From the human T2T-CHM13v2.0 reference genome, Homo sapiens, in the NCBI RefSeq assembly GCF_009914755.1, contig NC_060930.1: a DNA stretch of 64,000 bases; one strand, 5' to 3'. A model generated the notes under the pieces. The model was not told the DNA's origin, did not search any database, and worked only from the letters and a program-made list of their open reading frames with translations. Below, piece after piece: positions 15,253 through 29,169 of this stretch; the stretch's first letter is position 1, and each line of letters starts with the position of its first letter. Position numbers and translations under genes: made by a program.

Positions 15253-17823
15253 CAAATGAGAATTTGGCTACCAGGCAGCTCCTCTGAAGAACAGCACAGT
15301 TTATCCTCATACTATAATGTGTGTTCACAGGTAACAGAACATTCTCTCCTCAGACAGGGACATATTTGGACTGAGGAAGAATTGAGGAGAAGGAGCAGGC
15401 GTTTGAGGAATTGAAGGCCCACCCCAGCCAAGACTCCAGCTCTCCACCATAGGATCCTCAGCTATGACATTGAAGTGCCCTCTGAATTGGCTTCCTTCCT
15501 TACCCAGGGTTCTGGCTTGCATGGTAGATTCTCATGGTAGATTTAGGCTCCTCCTCAGTCACTTCCTCCTGCAGCAGCCACAGAGCAGTCCTGGGTACCT
15601 GCCTCTCACTGGAACACAGGGAGACGTTGTCTCGTCCCAGGCATGCCCTGCTTAGAAGAGAATCTCAGCCTCTTAGAAAATGAAAATAAAGCTGAAGGAA
15701 AGTAAGAGTATTAAGGCATCATGAGGGTTCATAACTCAGACCAGAAAATGTCTGAACAGATCTGATTTTAACTCCTTGCTTACCAGATGAGGAAACAAAG
15801 AACAAGGAAAATGATTTGCCAAAGATTACTTAAGCAGGGTGCAGCAGAAGAGGGCATTCCTGATGCACCAGATTCCTGGAGCAGCGATAATTGTTTTTCA
15901 ATCTGTGCTCCTCAGAGCCCCAGGGCTTCTCTGATGTCCTTCTGAGACCTCCAAGAATGAAGGGAGCAGGAAGGCTCCCAGGCATTTCTTCAACCCATGC
16001 ATCCCCACTTGGAGTGGTTCACATGTGGGGCTTCTGACTGAGACTGATTTTGAAGGAAGGGCTCCAGCACCCAGGGAATGTCTGAGAACCACTGTCTTAG
16101 ACGTTGCTGCCTCACAGACACTCATCATTAAACAACTTGAAGAGAGTGAACTAGAACATTCTCCGACTTACAGAACCTTTTATTATTACACAGGCCAGGG
16201 AAGTCGGGCAATTATACTTCAGGTCATCAGATAAATGTTCAAGTAGACCCAAAGATAAAAGCATTCAAAAACTTCAGGATGTTTCTCTGCAGTTCACATG
16301 TTTTACGAATTTTACTATTGTTCAAATTAACGGTAAATAATTTGTCTGAACAGGACAGATATTAATAGAGCAATAAAGATAATATCTTCAACAAATATTT
16401 ATCGAGTGCCTACTCTGAGTGTCTTGAGCTTTGCCTGTAGCCTGAATAAATGTCTCATTCAAATATGCTACATTTTTCCAATGCAGCCAGGTGATTTTAC
16501 CACTGATAAAATCCAAATGTAAAATGTTGTTCAATTTTTCAGAACCTTCAGTTATAGTAACATTTTCTCAGCCAGCATTTATATTTTTAGTTGAAAAAGA
16601 TACATTCTCACCTGTAAAAAAAAAAAAATTAGGGAACTCTGGTTAGACTGCAGGACAAGAATGAACATTAAGTAATACATTCTGCTACTCCATCAACCTA
16701 GACAGGAGAAATTATCTGAGTGTTTCTAGGTGATTTCAGGTCCTCAACTCTATTTTGTTTTTTGTGAGACTGGTCATAACTGTATTTCACGTGTTATCAC
16801 TCAAATTCAACCAAGTCTTCTGTGCAGAAGGCCTCAGAGAATTGAGCTAGTTACATTATCTGGATATTAATTAAAATAGAAATCTTTTGAAGAGAGGTAT
16901 GATATAATGTTTTTATTTCTCCCCACTACACAAGGACCCTGTGACTCTATGGGATGGCAAAGCCCTATACAGCAATGTGAGCACTTGCTTAACATAACAG
17001 AGATCATAAAAGATGAGCAAGCGCAACAGAGCAGATAACCTTGTCATTTGTCATAATTAACAAGAATGTGGAGGGGGTGGTGGGCAGTTTGATAAAACTG
17101 GATGGAAACGAAGCTGCCCATTCAGTGTTTACTTGGTGACTGGAGGAAATCACTGGCTGGGCTGGGCTGTAGGGATAGCCTAAGGTAACTAGGACATCAC
17201 CACACTAACACCTCAGGAATATCAGGAATGTTGGAGAAGCAGTATCTTTTGTGTGGTGCTTCGTACTGCTGGTGATCTCCAACCCACAGTCTCTGCGGGG
17301 ACCATGAGGCTAGCCGGAGCTTGGGGGAACATCCTCTTGGGAGTGAGAAGGCGGTCTAGAGTGAGAGCCAACATTGTGGCAGGGAAAGCAGTGCCCGTGA
17401 GCAAAGGGCAATGCAAGGAGAGGACCAGAGGATGTATAGCCAGGTCAGTGGCCTGGAGGTCATTGAACAGAAGGGAGAGCGTGAAACCCCAGATGACTTG
17501 GATGAGAATCCCTTTGTCCTGGGTCTCCCCTGCTGAAACATGGGCAGCTACAACTCTTAAAGGTGTCTCATGGGCTAAACTGCCCATGGAATGAGTCACA
17601 AATACAGCTTCTGCAGGAAAAGCTATCTCTTTCCAGTGGACTTTGAATAAATACCCTAGATGTCAGGAAAACTCCTAATACTTTCTCACCCAAGGGCAAC
17701 AGTGTTCTACTGCTCTTAACCTTCTTGAAACTGTAGGAGAGTTACCTTCCCAGATGACAGGTCCTTCTTTTGTCAAGTTATTTGATCCAACCCTCAGTGA
17801 GGCTCCTTCCAGAATTCGTACAG

Positions 17824-18525
17824 TGTTACGGACTGGATTGCGTCCCCCCGTCCCCTGCAAATTCATATATTGAAGCCCTAACCTCCAATGGGATGGTATT
17901 TGAAGACAGAACCTTTGGGATATAATTAAGTTAGATGGGGTCATGAGAATGGGGCCCTCATGATGGAATTAGAGCCCTTATTAAAAAAGGAAGAGAGGCC
18001 TGGTGTGGGGGCTCACACTTGTAATCCCAGCACTCTGGGAGGTTGAGATGGATAGATTGCTTGAGCCCAGGACCTTGAGCCCAGCATGGACAACATGGCG
18101 AAACTCCATCTCTTCCAAAAAAAAATTACAAAAATTCGCTGGTCATGGTGCCACACACCTGTAGTTCCAGCTACTAGGAAGGCTGAAGTGGGAAGATCAA
18201 TTGAACCCAGGAGGTCAAGGCTGCAATGAGCCATGATCATGTCACTGCACTCCAGCCTGAGCAACACAGCAAGACCCTGTCTCCAAGAAAAAAAGAAAAA
18301 AAAAAAAGGAGGAAGAGAAATCAGGGAGCAGGTCTCCATCTGAGAACATAGTGAGAAGGTGGCTGGTTGGATGCAAGCCAGTAAGAGGGCCCTCACCACA
18401 CAGTTAATCTGCCGGCACCTACATCTTAAACTTCCCAGCCTCCAGAACTGTGAGAAATAAATGTCTGTTATTTAGGCTACCCAGGCTACGATATTCTGCT
18501 ATGTCAGCCCAAGCAAACTAATACA
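17824..18525 (+). mobile_element. MLT1A-type MaLR LTR split by an Alu
   Basis: aaattcatatattgaagccctaacctccaatgggatggtatttg...cagcctccagaactgtgagaaataaatgtctg...actaataca. Confidence 0.85.
17997..18307 (+). mobile_element. AluJ
   Basis: Full dimer, TSD ggaagaga. Confidence 0.92.
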
Positions 18526-21500
18526 TACAGTTACAGCAGTAGTACATACAGGTCAGGTAACTCTTGACAACATGTTGGTGTGCACTACCTTCCCTTTATC
18601 TTCTCAGATCCACTGAAAAGTATTTTGCGAATAGATGGAGACATGTGCAGGGCTTTTGAAAGATTCCCACAGCTCTTGGAAATCGATACTCTAAGCACTA
18701 TTGGGATTTGAGCATGTAAGCTCACGTTAGCTCATTTTTCTGGTTCAACTCTTGCTAGCTAATTTTTCTGGTTCAGGGATTATATAAAAGGATCTTCAAG
18801 AACTGAGCAGAAAAGAATCATACCAAACTGGATTAACTGGGGCTCCTCAAGTGAGGGCAAGTCCAGAACACCTGCCAACCATTAAAAATTGTGACCTACT
18901 GTCATTGTAACAAATTGCATAAGACCAATTTGGCAGAATTCCAGGCAACACCTCACTTAGGACTGGGACCAGGAAATTGCTAACGACATGCCAAGAAAAA
19001 GTGGATCTGAGTTGCAAGGTATAGCCCCCTTCTCCCTGTGTCAGATCCTTATTTGTTTATTCCCATGTGTGTATGACATTTTGGATTTAGAGGTTCACAT
19101 TTTAATCTGTTTATTAGCATTCCTTCAGAATAAATGTGAAAATCTCTTGCCTCATAAAGTTTTAAACATGTCATTTCCCAGGGTGGGGAGGTGGGGGGCT
19201 GGGGGAGTGGGAGAATGAGGAGAGCAGGCAGGGAGCAAAGTTGTAATGGGAAAATGAGTATGAAATCCCATTCCCACAGACTCTGCAGTTTGAAAACAAT
19301 TGGCTTCAAGCTCTGCGTTGTTTCCTTTCCCTCGACTTCCTCTTCATATCAGTAAACCCCAATCAGGTTTCTCAAGTGATCGAAGGTCAACTTATCAGCA
19401 TCTGTTCCATGTGGAAAGAATCCCTCTTTACATTTTTTGATGAGTGCATCATAAACCTTAATGTTTCAAAAGCAAAGGAGATCAACAGCCCTGCAGACCC
19501 CCTGGGGATTTGGTGATGCGCAACTCATAGCATGAAACATCTGAAATAAATCATATTCGCTGTGTTTCCTATTTATGTAATTCAGGAAGTGCTGTTTGCA
19601 AAGAACCCTGTGCTCTCAGAGATAAGGAAGGTTTTCTGCACTGTTCAGAGTTTTTAGATAGACCACTGGAATTTTGCACAAGATACAGAGCCTGCAGTCC
19701 TAGGCAGAACAGACAGGAAGCTGTTCTTAAGGTGTCATCAGCCACTGGAATTGTTTGTCAGGACCTGGGAAACTTAGATAGTCGAGATTGCTTTGTGCAC
19801 CTGATAGAGGCTGCTGTGTGTATGTATAGATAAACTTACATGTAAGTACATACCTAGCCATTGCTGTGAGATTTCACTCATGGAAGCAATATACATAGTA
19901 AATGAAGCAGATCAAACTGTGTTTGGTAGGTCTGCATAAGAAAGCAGGGTCAGATTTGACAGCCCAGTGTCTGGTTAGAGGATCAAATGCATCAGTAGAT
20001 AAATTATTAATCATTTTTCTTTATGTGACTTGAAACACATTCCCACCCTGAAGCAAGGTAGGATGTAAGCAATAAGGTAAAGCATGATGGTAAGAGTTGT
20101 GATGTCCGCATTCAGGATGCTTTTATTTTAGAGGACCATTGTGTGGGGATGTGGGAAGGTGTGGGTGTCCGGGGGTTGCCGGTTGGGGAGTGGTGTGGAG
20201 TGGAAATATCTACATTATGAAAAGATGACATGAGTAGTCCCAAACAGGGGACAGGCAGAAACATTAAAATGCTTCTGCTATGATGTTCAATGGAAACAAA
20301 AGCAGAAAACAGAAGTTAAACACATCAAAAAGCAGGCAACAATGACTTCAGTGCAGAAAGTGTGTTGCTATTAACATGGCTGGCAAAAACATAAATGAAT
20401 GCAGGTATATTTTTGGTGGACGGTCAGTCTTCTCCCCTCTTATTATCATAGTTACGGTGCACAACTCTTCTAACAGTGGGCAGTGTAGTTCTTGCTTTCT
20501 TTGTAATTGCTTTGAAATGTACATCAGAGGTGTTCTGATGTTAGGGAATTATTTAAACCGAAAGAACACCTGGAAAGCAGACTGGTTTTCTTATTCCCAG
20601 AGCTTGTTCCTAATTGTAACATCCACATATTTTCTTTGGCCACACAACCTCCTCTTCATGATTTCTGTATCACAAACACTTTTTGTATTTTAATGTTTGA
20701 CTTTAAAAAGTATTTTCTTAATGATAGACTTTGGGTTTGTGGGGACTTCACTGGTCATGGCAAACACGTGCTTGCTCCCACAGCCTATGGGATCCTACTG
20801 AAGAAAGTCATGTTTCTGTTCTTTAAAAAAATGAGATCACCTGCACTGAAAATTCTGCCTATTGAATCATAGCCATTGCTTGGATTGAATTTCTAAGTGT
20901 AATATGTGGTTTCTCTCCTTCTCTCACATGTGTCCTGTCCTTACAGTATAATCTATACCTTAAAAACAGAAGTGTAACCATTGCTTATGACTTCCACCTC
21001 TGTCAGCCTAGTCCAAGTTTTCATCATGTCTTCCCTGAACAGCTGAATGGCGCCTGATTGGACTCCCAGCTTCCACGTTTGCACACCCTGGAGAACATTG
21101 TCTACAGGGTAGCCAGAAGGATCTTTTAACATCCTGTTATTACTTTGTGAAAGGCAAGAAAGAATCTTGAAATGATGGATTGGAATTGGAGGTACTGATG
21201 TGGATTCATGATTTGTAAAATGTGTTTGTGTATACATTTGTATCTACATGCATGTAAAATGTGAACACACGTACATTTCCTGGCTCTATCTGCTGAATGA
21301 AACTAGGAGACACGCACGGTGACAATGTGACCACACCTAGCACCCAGATCTTGATTTCTGACACCCTTCTCCACTAAAAAGAATTAGGGCTTCTCAATGA
21401 AATGATTGTTTCCAGGTCTGGGATACAGATAATACAATAAGATACTGAAAAATCTCTTTACCCGAAAAATTAAAGAAATATCTCCCCATCAAAAATGATA

Positions 21501-21662
21501 GGGACTTGTCAGAAGGGCACAGGGAACAACTTGAAGGAGCCCTCACTAGAAAATTTGAGAAATTAAATAATTAAGGGCAGTAATTACTAATAAATCATTA
21601 AAAAACTGGAATCCATAAGTCCATACCAATAATAGATAATGAAATAAAAAATGATGAGGTTT

Positions 21663-21944
21663 AGCTGGGCATGGTAGCTCACACCTGTAATCCCAGCATT
21701 TAGGGAGGTCGAGGTGAGTGAATCACCTGAGGTCAGGAGTTCGAGACCAGCCCGGCCAACATGGTGAAACCCCCATCTCTACTAAAAATACAGAATTAGC
21801 CCGGCATGGTGGCACATGCCTGTAATCCCAGCTACTCAGGAGGCTGGGGCAGTAGAATCACTTGAACCCAGGAGGCAGAGGTTGCAGTGAGCCGAGATCA
21901 CACCACTACACTCCAGCATGGGCGACAGAATGAGACTCTGTCTC

Positions 21945-21975
<31 letters not shown>

Positions 21976-21985
21976 AATAATAATG
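21663..21985 (+). mobile_element. AluSx-like with (AAT)n tail
   Basis: Full dimer; tail converted to a trinucleotide microsatellite at 21944-21985. Confidence 0.93.
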
Positions 21986-21986
21986 A

Positions 21987-22290
21987 GGCTGGGCACGGTG
22001 GCTCACGCCTGTAATCCCGCACTTTGGGAGGCCAAGCTGAGAGAATTGCTTGAGCCCAGGAGTCTAAGACAAGCCTGGGCAACATAATGAGTCCTTGTCT
22101 TCACAAAAAAGTTAAAAAAAATTTAGCCAGGCATGGTGGCACACGCCTATGATCCCAGCTACACAACAGGATGAACTGGAAGGGTTGCTTGAGTTCAGGA
22201 GATAAAGGTTGCAGTGAGCCATGATCATACCACTATACTCCAGCTTGGGCGACAGAGCAAAAATCTGCCTCAGAAAAAAAAAAAAAAAAA
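21987..22290 (+). mobile_element. AluJ
   Basis: Dimer directly abutting the preceding Alu, with an A tail. Confidence 0.9.
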
Positions 22291-22974
22291 GATAATGAAA
22301 GGAAATCTCTGGCTATAAATGTGGCAGGAGTATGAATGAAAAATCATCATTTCACAAATGTCTCAGTAAAGACAAATTCAGGTAAGAATCAAGAAATGCT
22401 GAATCTAGGAAGTCAAGTGTACTAAGAATCAGGATATTTGTATGATTGCTTATTGGTTGCAAGGAGAAAATAGAGACAGTACTGTGGACAGACCATACAA
22501 CACTTGAGTGGATGGTTTAAATCAATATCTCCAACGAGGGGAAGATGGACATCGTGTCCCTCCAGATAGGATACCCTGAGAAGGGCAAACGTCAGTTCTA
22601 TGTTATTTCTTCCAATAACGCATAACCTAAATCTAATTATGAGGAAACATAATGAGGATCACCCTATTGGAAAGGGGTCAGGGAGTGGGTGGGGATAAGA
22701 GGGAGGATGCTACATGCTTTGAGACTGTCAATAGTCATAAAAGCATTTTTTAAAAAGCTGAGAAATTGTTCCAGATTAAAAGACATAAAAGATACATGAA
22801 AACTAAATGCAATGTATGATTATAGACTGGCTCCTGTACGGAAGAGAAAAAATGCTGTAAAAGGAGTTATTGACTCAACTGATAAAAGTGGAATATGGAT
22901 GATAGTTTGGATATAAGTACTATATTAATGCTAAATTTTACTGAAGCTGATAACTATTCTGTAGTTATGTAAGG

Positions 22975-23525
22975 TATATCAGTTAGGATTCTCCAGAAAA
23001 CTAGAACCAATAGAATGCATGCACATATACAAAGAGATTGATTATAAGGAATTGGCTCATGTGATGATGGAGACTGGCAAGACCCAAGATCTGCAGGGTG
23101 AATTAGCAAGCTGGAGACCCAGGAGAGCCAATGGTTTAGTTCTAATCCAACTATGAAGGCTTTAGAACCAGGAGAACTGACAGTGTTATTCCAGTCTGAA
23201 AGCCAGCAAGTGCAAGACACAGAAAGAACTGATGTTTTGGTTTGAGTCTGAATTAAAAAAAAAAAAAAAAAGGCTAGCATTTGAACTGACTTTGCCAGTT
23301 CAAAGGCCTTCAGGCAGGAAGAAGTCTCTCACATGGTAGAGTGCCAGGGCTTTTGTTCTGATTGGATGTGCCCTGCCCACTTTAGGGAAGGCAATTGCTT
23401 TACTCAGTCAACTGATTTAAATGTTAATATCATACAAAAGAATCTTCACAGAAACAGGAATAATGTTTGAAGAAATATCTGGGCACCCTATAACCCAGTC
23501 AAGTTGATATAAAATTAACCCTCAT
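22975..23525 (-). mobile_element. MLT2 (ERVL) LTR
   Basis: attataaggaattggctcatgtgatgatggagactggcaag...cagtcaagttgatataaaattaacc. Confidence 0.85.
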
Positions 23526-24067
23526 ATGAGGAAATAGCCTTTTTATTAGGAAACACATATTGAAATGTTTAGAGATTAAGAGCCATGCTGTATGCAACTT
23601 GCTCTCAAATGGTGGAGACAAAAATGTTTTAGAGATAAAGATAGTAAATGGTGATGCAAATTGGGCAAAATGTTCACATAAGTGAATCTGAGTAAAGGGT
23701 ATAGAGCTATTCTTTGTATTCTTCACCTAAGTTTTCTGTAAATGTAAAATTATTTCCAAATAAAAGTTTCTTAAAAAGCCTTTCATTGTCCTGTTAAAAG
23801 TACTCCAGCTGCTTCCCATTCACTAAGAATTCACCTGACTTTCTTTATTCACCTGCAGCACTGTTGGGGGATCAGCCTCTGCTCACTCCTCATCTCAGCT
23901 GATCCTACTCACCTCCCCACATAGAACCTTACTCACCCTGCACACTCTCTGCTCCCAAGATATGCCAAGTTCAAACCTTTACACTTACACTCTCTGCCTC
24001 TATGCCTTTCCCCCAAGTCTCCACATGACTGCTCCTTCCCGTTGCTCAGATGTCCTGTCAAAAGTCA

Positions 24068-24433
24068 TGTATTAGTCTGTTCTGTCACTGCTATAAAGAA
24101 ATACCTGAAACTGGGTAATTTATAAAGACAAGAGGTTTAATTGGCTCCCAGTTCCATGGGCTGTACAGGAAGCATGGCTGGGGAGGCCTCAGGAAACTTT
24201 CCATTATGGTGGAAGGGGAAGCAGGCATGTCTTACAGAGGAAGAGAGAGAATGGGGAGGTGCCACACACGTTTAAACAACCAGATCTCATGAGAACTCAC
24301 TCACTATCACGAGAACACCAAGGGGGGAATCTGCCCTTTTGATCCAATCAACTCCCATCAGGCCCCTCCTCCAACATTAGGGATTACAATTCGACATGAT
24401 GTTTAGGCAGGGACACAAATCCAAACCATATCA
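24068..24433 (-). mobile_element. MSTA-like solo LTR within an L2 remnant
   Basis: Termini tgtattagtc...ccaaaccatatca. 5-bp TSD agtca/cgtca. Confidence 0.9.
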
Positions 24434-24860
24434 CGTCATTTTCCCAGAGAGGGCTCCTGACTACAGAAGCTCATCTTCAATCATGTTTCTCTGTTTCGCT
24501 TTCCTCTCTGGTTACCATGTTGGCTCACTCCTTTGCTTGTTTATTATAGTCACTGAGATATAAATTTCAGAAAGGCAGACATCTCATTCATCCTGTTTAC
24601 TGCTATATCTGTAGTCTCTAAAACATTGGGTGGCATATGGTAAGTCCTGAAGAAATATTTTTAATAAGTGGATAAATGTTTAAGTGCCTAGACCCCTCAA
24701 CCTTTTGAAACTGAAATATTTAATCCATTAGCTTTTTGCCCTTCTTTACATATAGGCTTTCCCAGTTTGTAGCAAGAATTTTAATGATAAATATTATGAT
24801 GTTTCAGATAGCATCAAATATAGACTATTATAATAGAGGAGTTTAAAAAGTATTGGTTGA

Positions 24861-25171
24861 GGCCAGGTGCAGTGGCTCACTCACGCCTGTAATCCCAGCA
24901 CTTTAGGAGGCCAAAGTGGGCAGATCCCCTGAGGTCAGGAATTTGAGACCAGCCTGGCCAACATGGCGAAACCCCGTCTCTACTAAAAAAACAAAACAAA
25001 AACAAAACAAAAATTAGCTGAGTGTGGTGGGATGCACCTGTAATCCCATCTACTTGGGAGGCTGAGGCAAGAGAATCAATTGAACCCGGAGTGACAGTGA
25101 GCTGAGATCCCGCCATTGCACTCCATTCCTGGGCAGCAAGAGTGAAACTCCATCTCAGAAAAAAAAAAAAA
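24861..25171 (+). mobile_element. AluS (Sq/Sp-like), small right-arm deletion
   Basis: TSD aaaaagtattggttga/aaaaagtactggttga. Confidence 0.93.
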
Positions 25172-26283
25172 GTACTGGTTGATAAAAATAAACTTTTTTT
25201 TTCTAAGTAATTCTGATAGTCTGAAAATTATAGATTGACCTAGTAAATGTGAAAAAGACAATAGACTTAGTAATAATAAGAAAATTCCTTGGGAACAGGT
25301 CCTTGCATTCCAAATATCTAGTACACTATCTGGAAAATAGTAAAGCAATCATAAATGTTTAACAAATGTAAGAAATAACCTATCAACAGCCAATAGCTCA
25401 GAAGCAAGTCACTCCAGAGAAAGTAAAATAAAGCAAGACGGCTAGTTTTGCACCTTCAAATATTAAAACAGATTCATTCTTTTTAATTAGAAGAAGAACT
25501 CATGAGAGTTAGAGGTAAAAATTCCCCAATAAGACAGGAACAACGATGGCAATAACAACAGAATCTGCCTTAGGATAGTTGCCACCTTCTTAACAATTCT
25601 TTTTGTTTGTTTGTTTTTTGGGTCGGGGGGGGGGGGCGGGGGGTTGCACTGCTGGTTCAATTGATGAGTCATACTTCCCAACTAGCCATATGTTGCTACA
25701 GAAGGCATTCACTCTCTGCATTCACTAGGGATAAGAGCCAAGTAAATATAATAAATCACTTTTTACCCATCAAAAATAAGAATGAAATGCCATTTGCAGC
25801 AAGATTTAATCAGCAGGCGCTTAAGTAATTTTGATGTTGAAAGCTTGCACTCTCCTGTGATGTGATAGGCTCATTCACACCCGGGTACTCCATCATGACA
25901 TTGCAGCAGTTACACCATGGAAAGGTGCTCTTGCCATTTTTTTTTACAAGCAAAAAAAAAAAAATCTATAATTTCTCAAGTTCAGTGCATTTAGGTAAAA
26001 CTGCAGTCTCTGGAAGGTCCTTCTCGGATACCACTTCTCGCATGTTTGCCTTCCCTGTATCAGACCCTCTGGAATGCAATACTCTGCCTCCATGGCAAGG
26101 ACAGTTATTGCTTAAGTATAACTGAGCTATTTTGCAATTAGTATTAAAACTTAAAGTTATCATTGGATCATAGGCTTGTAAATAAATATATAAATGTATC
26201 ACTTTTGACCTCTTCATGAATCCAAAAACAATTTCACCACTAACATTTCCTAAGCTTAAGGGAAAAGGAATTATCAACCCAGT

Positions 26284-26592
26284 CTTTTTCTTTGTTTTTT
26301 GTTTTTGTTTTTGTTTGTTTTGCCACTCTGCCCAGGCTGGAGTGCTGTGGTGCAATCATGGCTCATTGCAGCCTCGACCTCCCAGACGCAGGTGATTCTT
26401 CCACTTCAGCTGCCCTAGTAGCTGGGACTGCAAGCACGTGCCATTATGCCTAGCTGATGTTTTGTTTTTCATTTGGTAGAGATGTGGTTTCACCATGTTA
26501 CCCCAGGCTGGTCTCAAACTTCTGGGCTCAAGTGGTCCATCCACCTTGGCATCACAAAGTGCTAGGATTACAGGCATGAGCCACCAGGCCCA
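26284..26592 (-). mobile_element. AluJ
   Basis: Antisense dimer followed by an old L1 3' fragment (26595-26790). Confidence 0.88.
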
Positions 26593-26988
26593 GCACTTGT
26601 TTTTCTTTAATTGCAGTACAATTTGTATAGAGTAAAATTCATCTTTTACATATACAACTCTATGAGTTTTGACAAATGCATAACCAGCACCATAATCAAA
26701 ATATAGAACAAATTCACCACCCCTCAAAAATTCCCTTATGACCTTTTTTAGTTAAATTCTTCCTCTATCCCCAGCTCGTAACAACCTTTAATCAATCAAA
26801 TCTTTGTATATGAATATGTTCATTATATTGCACTCTTTTTCCCTAGTAAGTAAGACTTTATTAGAAAGAATTCAGGGATCAAAATGAAATTTCATCTACA
26901 GAAAGGGAGAAAAGGCAAGTTAAGAATGATACTCTTACATTTGCTTTCATTATGTTTTGTTTTTAAGTATTTCTCTGTATTATGTTAC

Positions 26989-27349
26989 TGTATTAGTCCA
27001 TTTTCACACTGCTGATAAAGACATACCCGAGACTGGGCAATTTATAAAAGAAAGAGGCTTATGGACTCACGGTTCCACGTGTCTGGGGAGGCCTCACATT
27101 CATGGTGGAAGGCAAGGAGGAGCAAGTCAACATCTTATGTGGCAGGTAGGCAAAGAGAGCTTGTGCAGGGAAACTCCTGTTTTTAAAGCCATCAAATCTT
27201 GTAAGACCTATTCACTATCATGAGAACAGCCTGGGAAATATCGACCCCGATAATTCAATCATTTCCCACTGGGTCCCTCCCACAACACATGGAAATTAAG
27301 AAAGCTACAAGATGAGATTTGACTGGGGACACAGAGCCAAACCATATCA
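26989..27349 (-). mobile_element. THE1 solo LTR
   Basis: tgtattagtccattttcacactgctgataaagacatacccgagactggg...agccaaaccatatca. TSD gttac/tttac. Confidence 0.92.
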
Positions 27350-28319
27350 TTTACCAATATGTAGAACTCTTATTTAATAAAAAATTTAAAAAGGATGATG
27401 GTATATGTCATAATAGATAGGAAAAAAGTCAGTTCAATTCCCCCCTGGTGAGGAAATGTCATTTCTATAACAGTATCTTAAATATTAATTAGCTTATATT
27501 AACCTTCTGAAGTGATTAATAGTTTAATCATTCTCCTAATCAGAGATGTGAAAATGTTCTCAATTTGAATCCTAGCTAATAGCTAGTAACTGCCTAGAGT
27601 CCTAGGTTACAAAGAATTCTGAGGCTTAACAGGAAATATTAATAATATGAAACACTGAAGTATTAGAAATGATTACATATTAAGTACATGTTCTTTTATT
27701 TTATTTTATTCTATCCTAACAAAAAGCCCAAGAAATTTTCCTAATGTTATCCCTATGCTATGAGAGGGGAAACTGACTTTTAGAGGGATGAAATAACTAA
27801 CGCAAGTGCAAACAGGTGAGAAATGATGAAGCTGGGATTTGTATGCACAAAGCCAGGCCCAGCTGGATATTTATCAACTTTGCCACATTAAACTAAAGCA
27901 ATTAGTGACACAGTATCGGGAGGGGGTGATGCAAGTTTTGAATCTGAGCTGAAATCTGAAGCATATGTTAAATACCAAAGGCACAGAGGTTGCAAAGCAA
28001 AGAGGAGCTTTTCAGGCAAAAGGCAAAGCAGGTGCAAGGACCCAACCGATAGAAGAACAAGGCACATTAGAGGAACCAAGGTGCCCCCAGAAGCTAAGGA
28101 AAAGCAGAACAAGCAGAGACAGGAGAGAGGCCTTTGATCTTTTTCTTAAGGGATTCAGGAAGCTCTTGCATAGCTTGAAGCTGGATAGTGACACAATCAG
28201 ATATAGGTTTCCCAAAGGCCAGCTGCCTGTTTGGAGGAAGGCTTATTCACAAGGGTAAGTGAGTTGGAGGAAGAGCACTTAGGAAGCCATTGCAAGCAAT
28301 CCAGCTGAGACATACTGGC

Positions 28320-28866
28320 TGTATTAGCCATGTCTTGTTCTATATAGCACTATTATATTTTGACATTTGGGGCCTAGCTGACCATAGGACTGCCTATCTC
28401 AGAGTTAGTTAATTCCTAGAGATAGCAAATCAAGGACTGAAAACATGTCTTTCACATGCAAACCAACCAATTCGGAGTCCAGGTCACCAGCTGCCTCCTT
28501 TATCAAGTTCCTACACTTCAGGCCACTGTCCTCCTGCATTAATCACCCCAGGACCAGACAGCTAGAGACAACCCCTCTGCCCCAGAGTCTGCTGCTAAAA
28601 CTATCCAAACTAATCAATCCTAAACCTGCTTACCCTGTCTTACCCACTCCTTCACAAAGAAACCGCAATCAAGACTCTTGCCCATACTTTCCGTCACTCC
28701 CTCTGCCTCCCAACCTACCCGGGTGCTTCTCTGCATGGGCCCCTGTAATGTGGTATGCCCCCTCCTCTCAGGATTGTCACCATAACAAACTGTTTTCAAT
28801 GGTAGTCATCTCCTGATGGATTGGCCTCACCGTACCTGAATAATAATGAAACCTACATTTTAAACA
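28320..28866 (+). mobile_element. MER74-like ERVL solo LTR within an L2 remnant
   Basis: TG...CA termini, internal aattcctagagatagcaaa and atgcaaaccaaccaat. TSD ctggc/gtggc. Confidence 0.75.
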
Positions 28867-29169
28867 GTGGCATACTGGAAGTGAGGGCATTTCTGAGGGA
28901 TGTTAGGGGGATACAACTGATAGGATGTGGTGACTGGTTGAATATGGGAGAGTGAAGGGAAGTAGGTATCAAGAAGAGTATCTATTCCTAGCCTGTAAGT
29001 ACAGAAAATAATAGTAAACACTTAGAGCACTCACAAATGTTCTAGGTTCTGTTCTAAGCACTTTATGTACATAACTCATTCAATCCTCCTTGAAATCCTA
29101 CTTATTATTCCCATTTCACTTAGGTTGAAACAGACACAGGGAAGTTAAGTAGTCTACCAGAACGGAGAC

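Larger units (their letters stand above)
21140..23775 (+). mobile_element. L1MC-type 3' fragment, host to two Alus and an MLT2
   Basis: cataacctaaatctaattatgaggaaaca, aaattgttccagattaaa...aactaaatgcaatgtatgat, and ...tttccaaataaaagtt. Confidence 0.7.
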
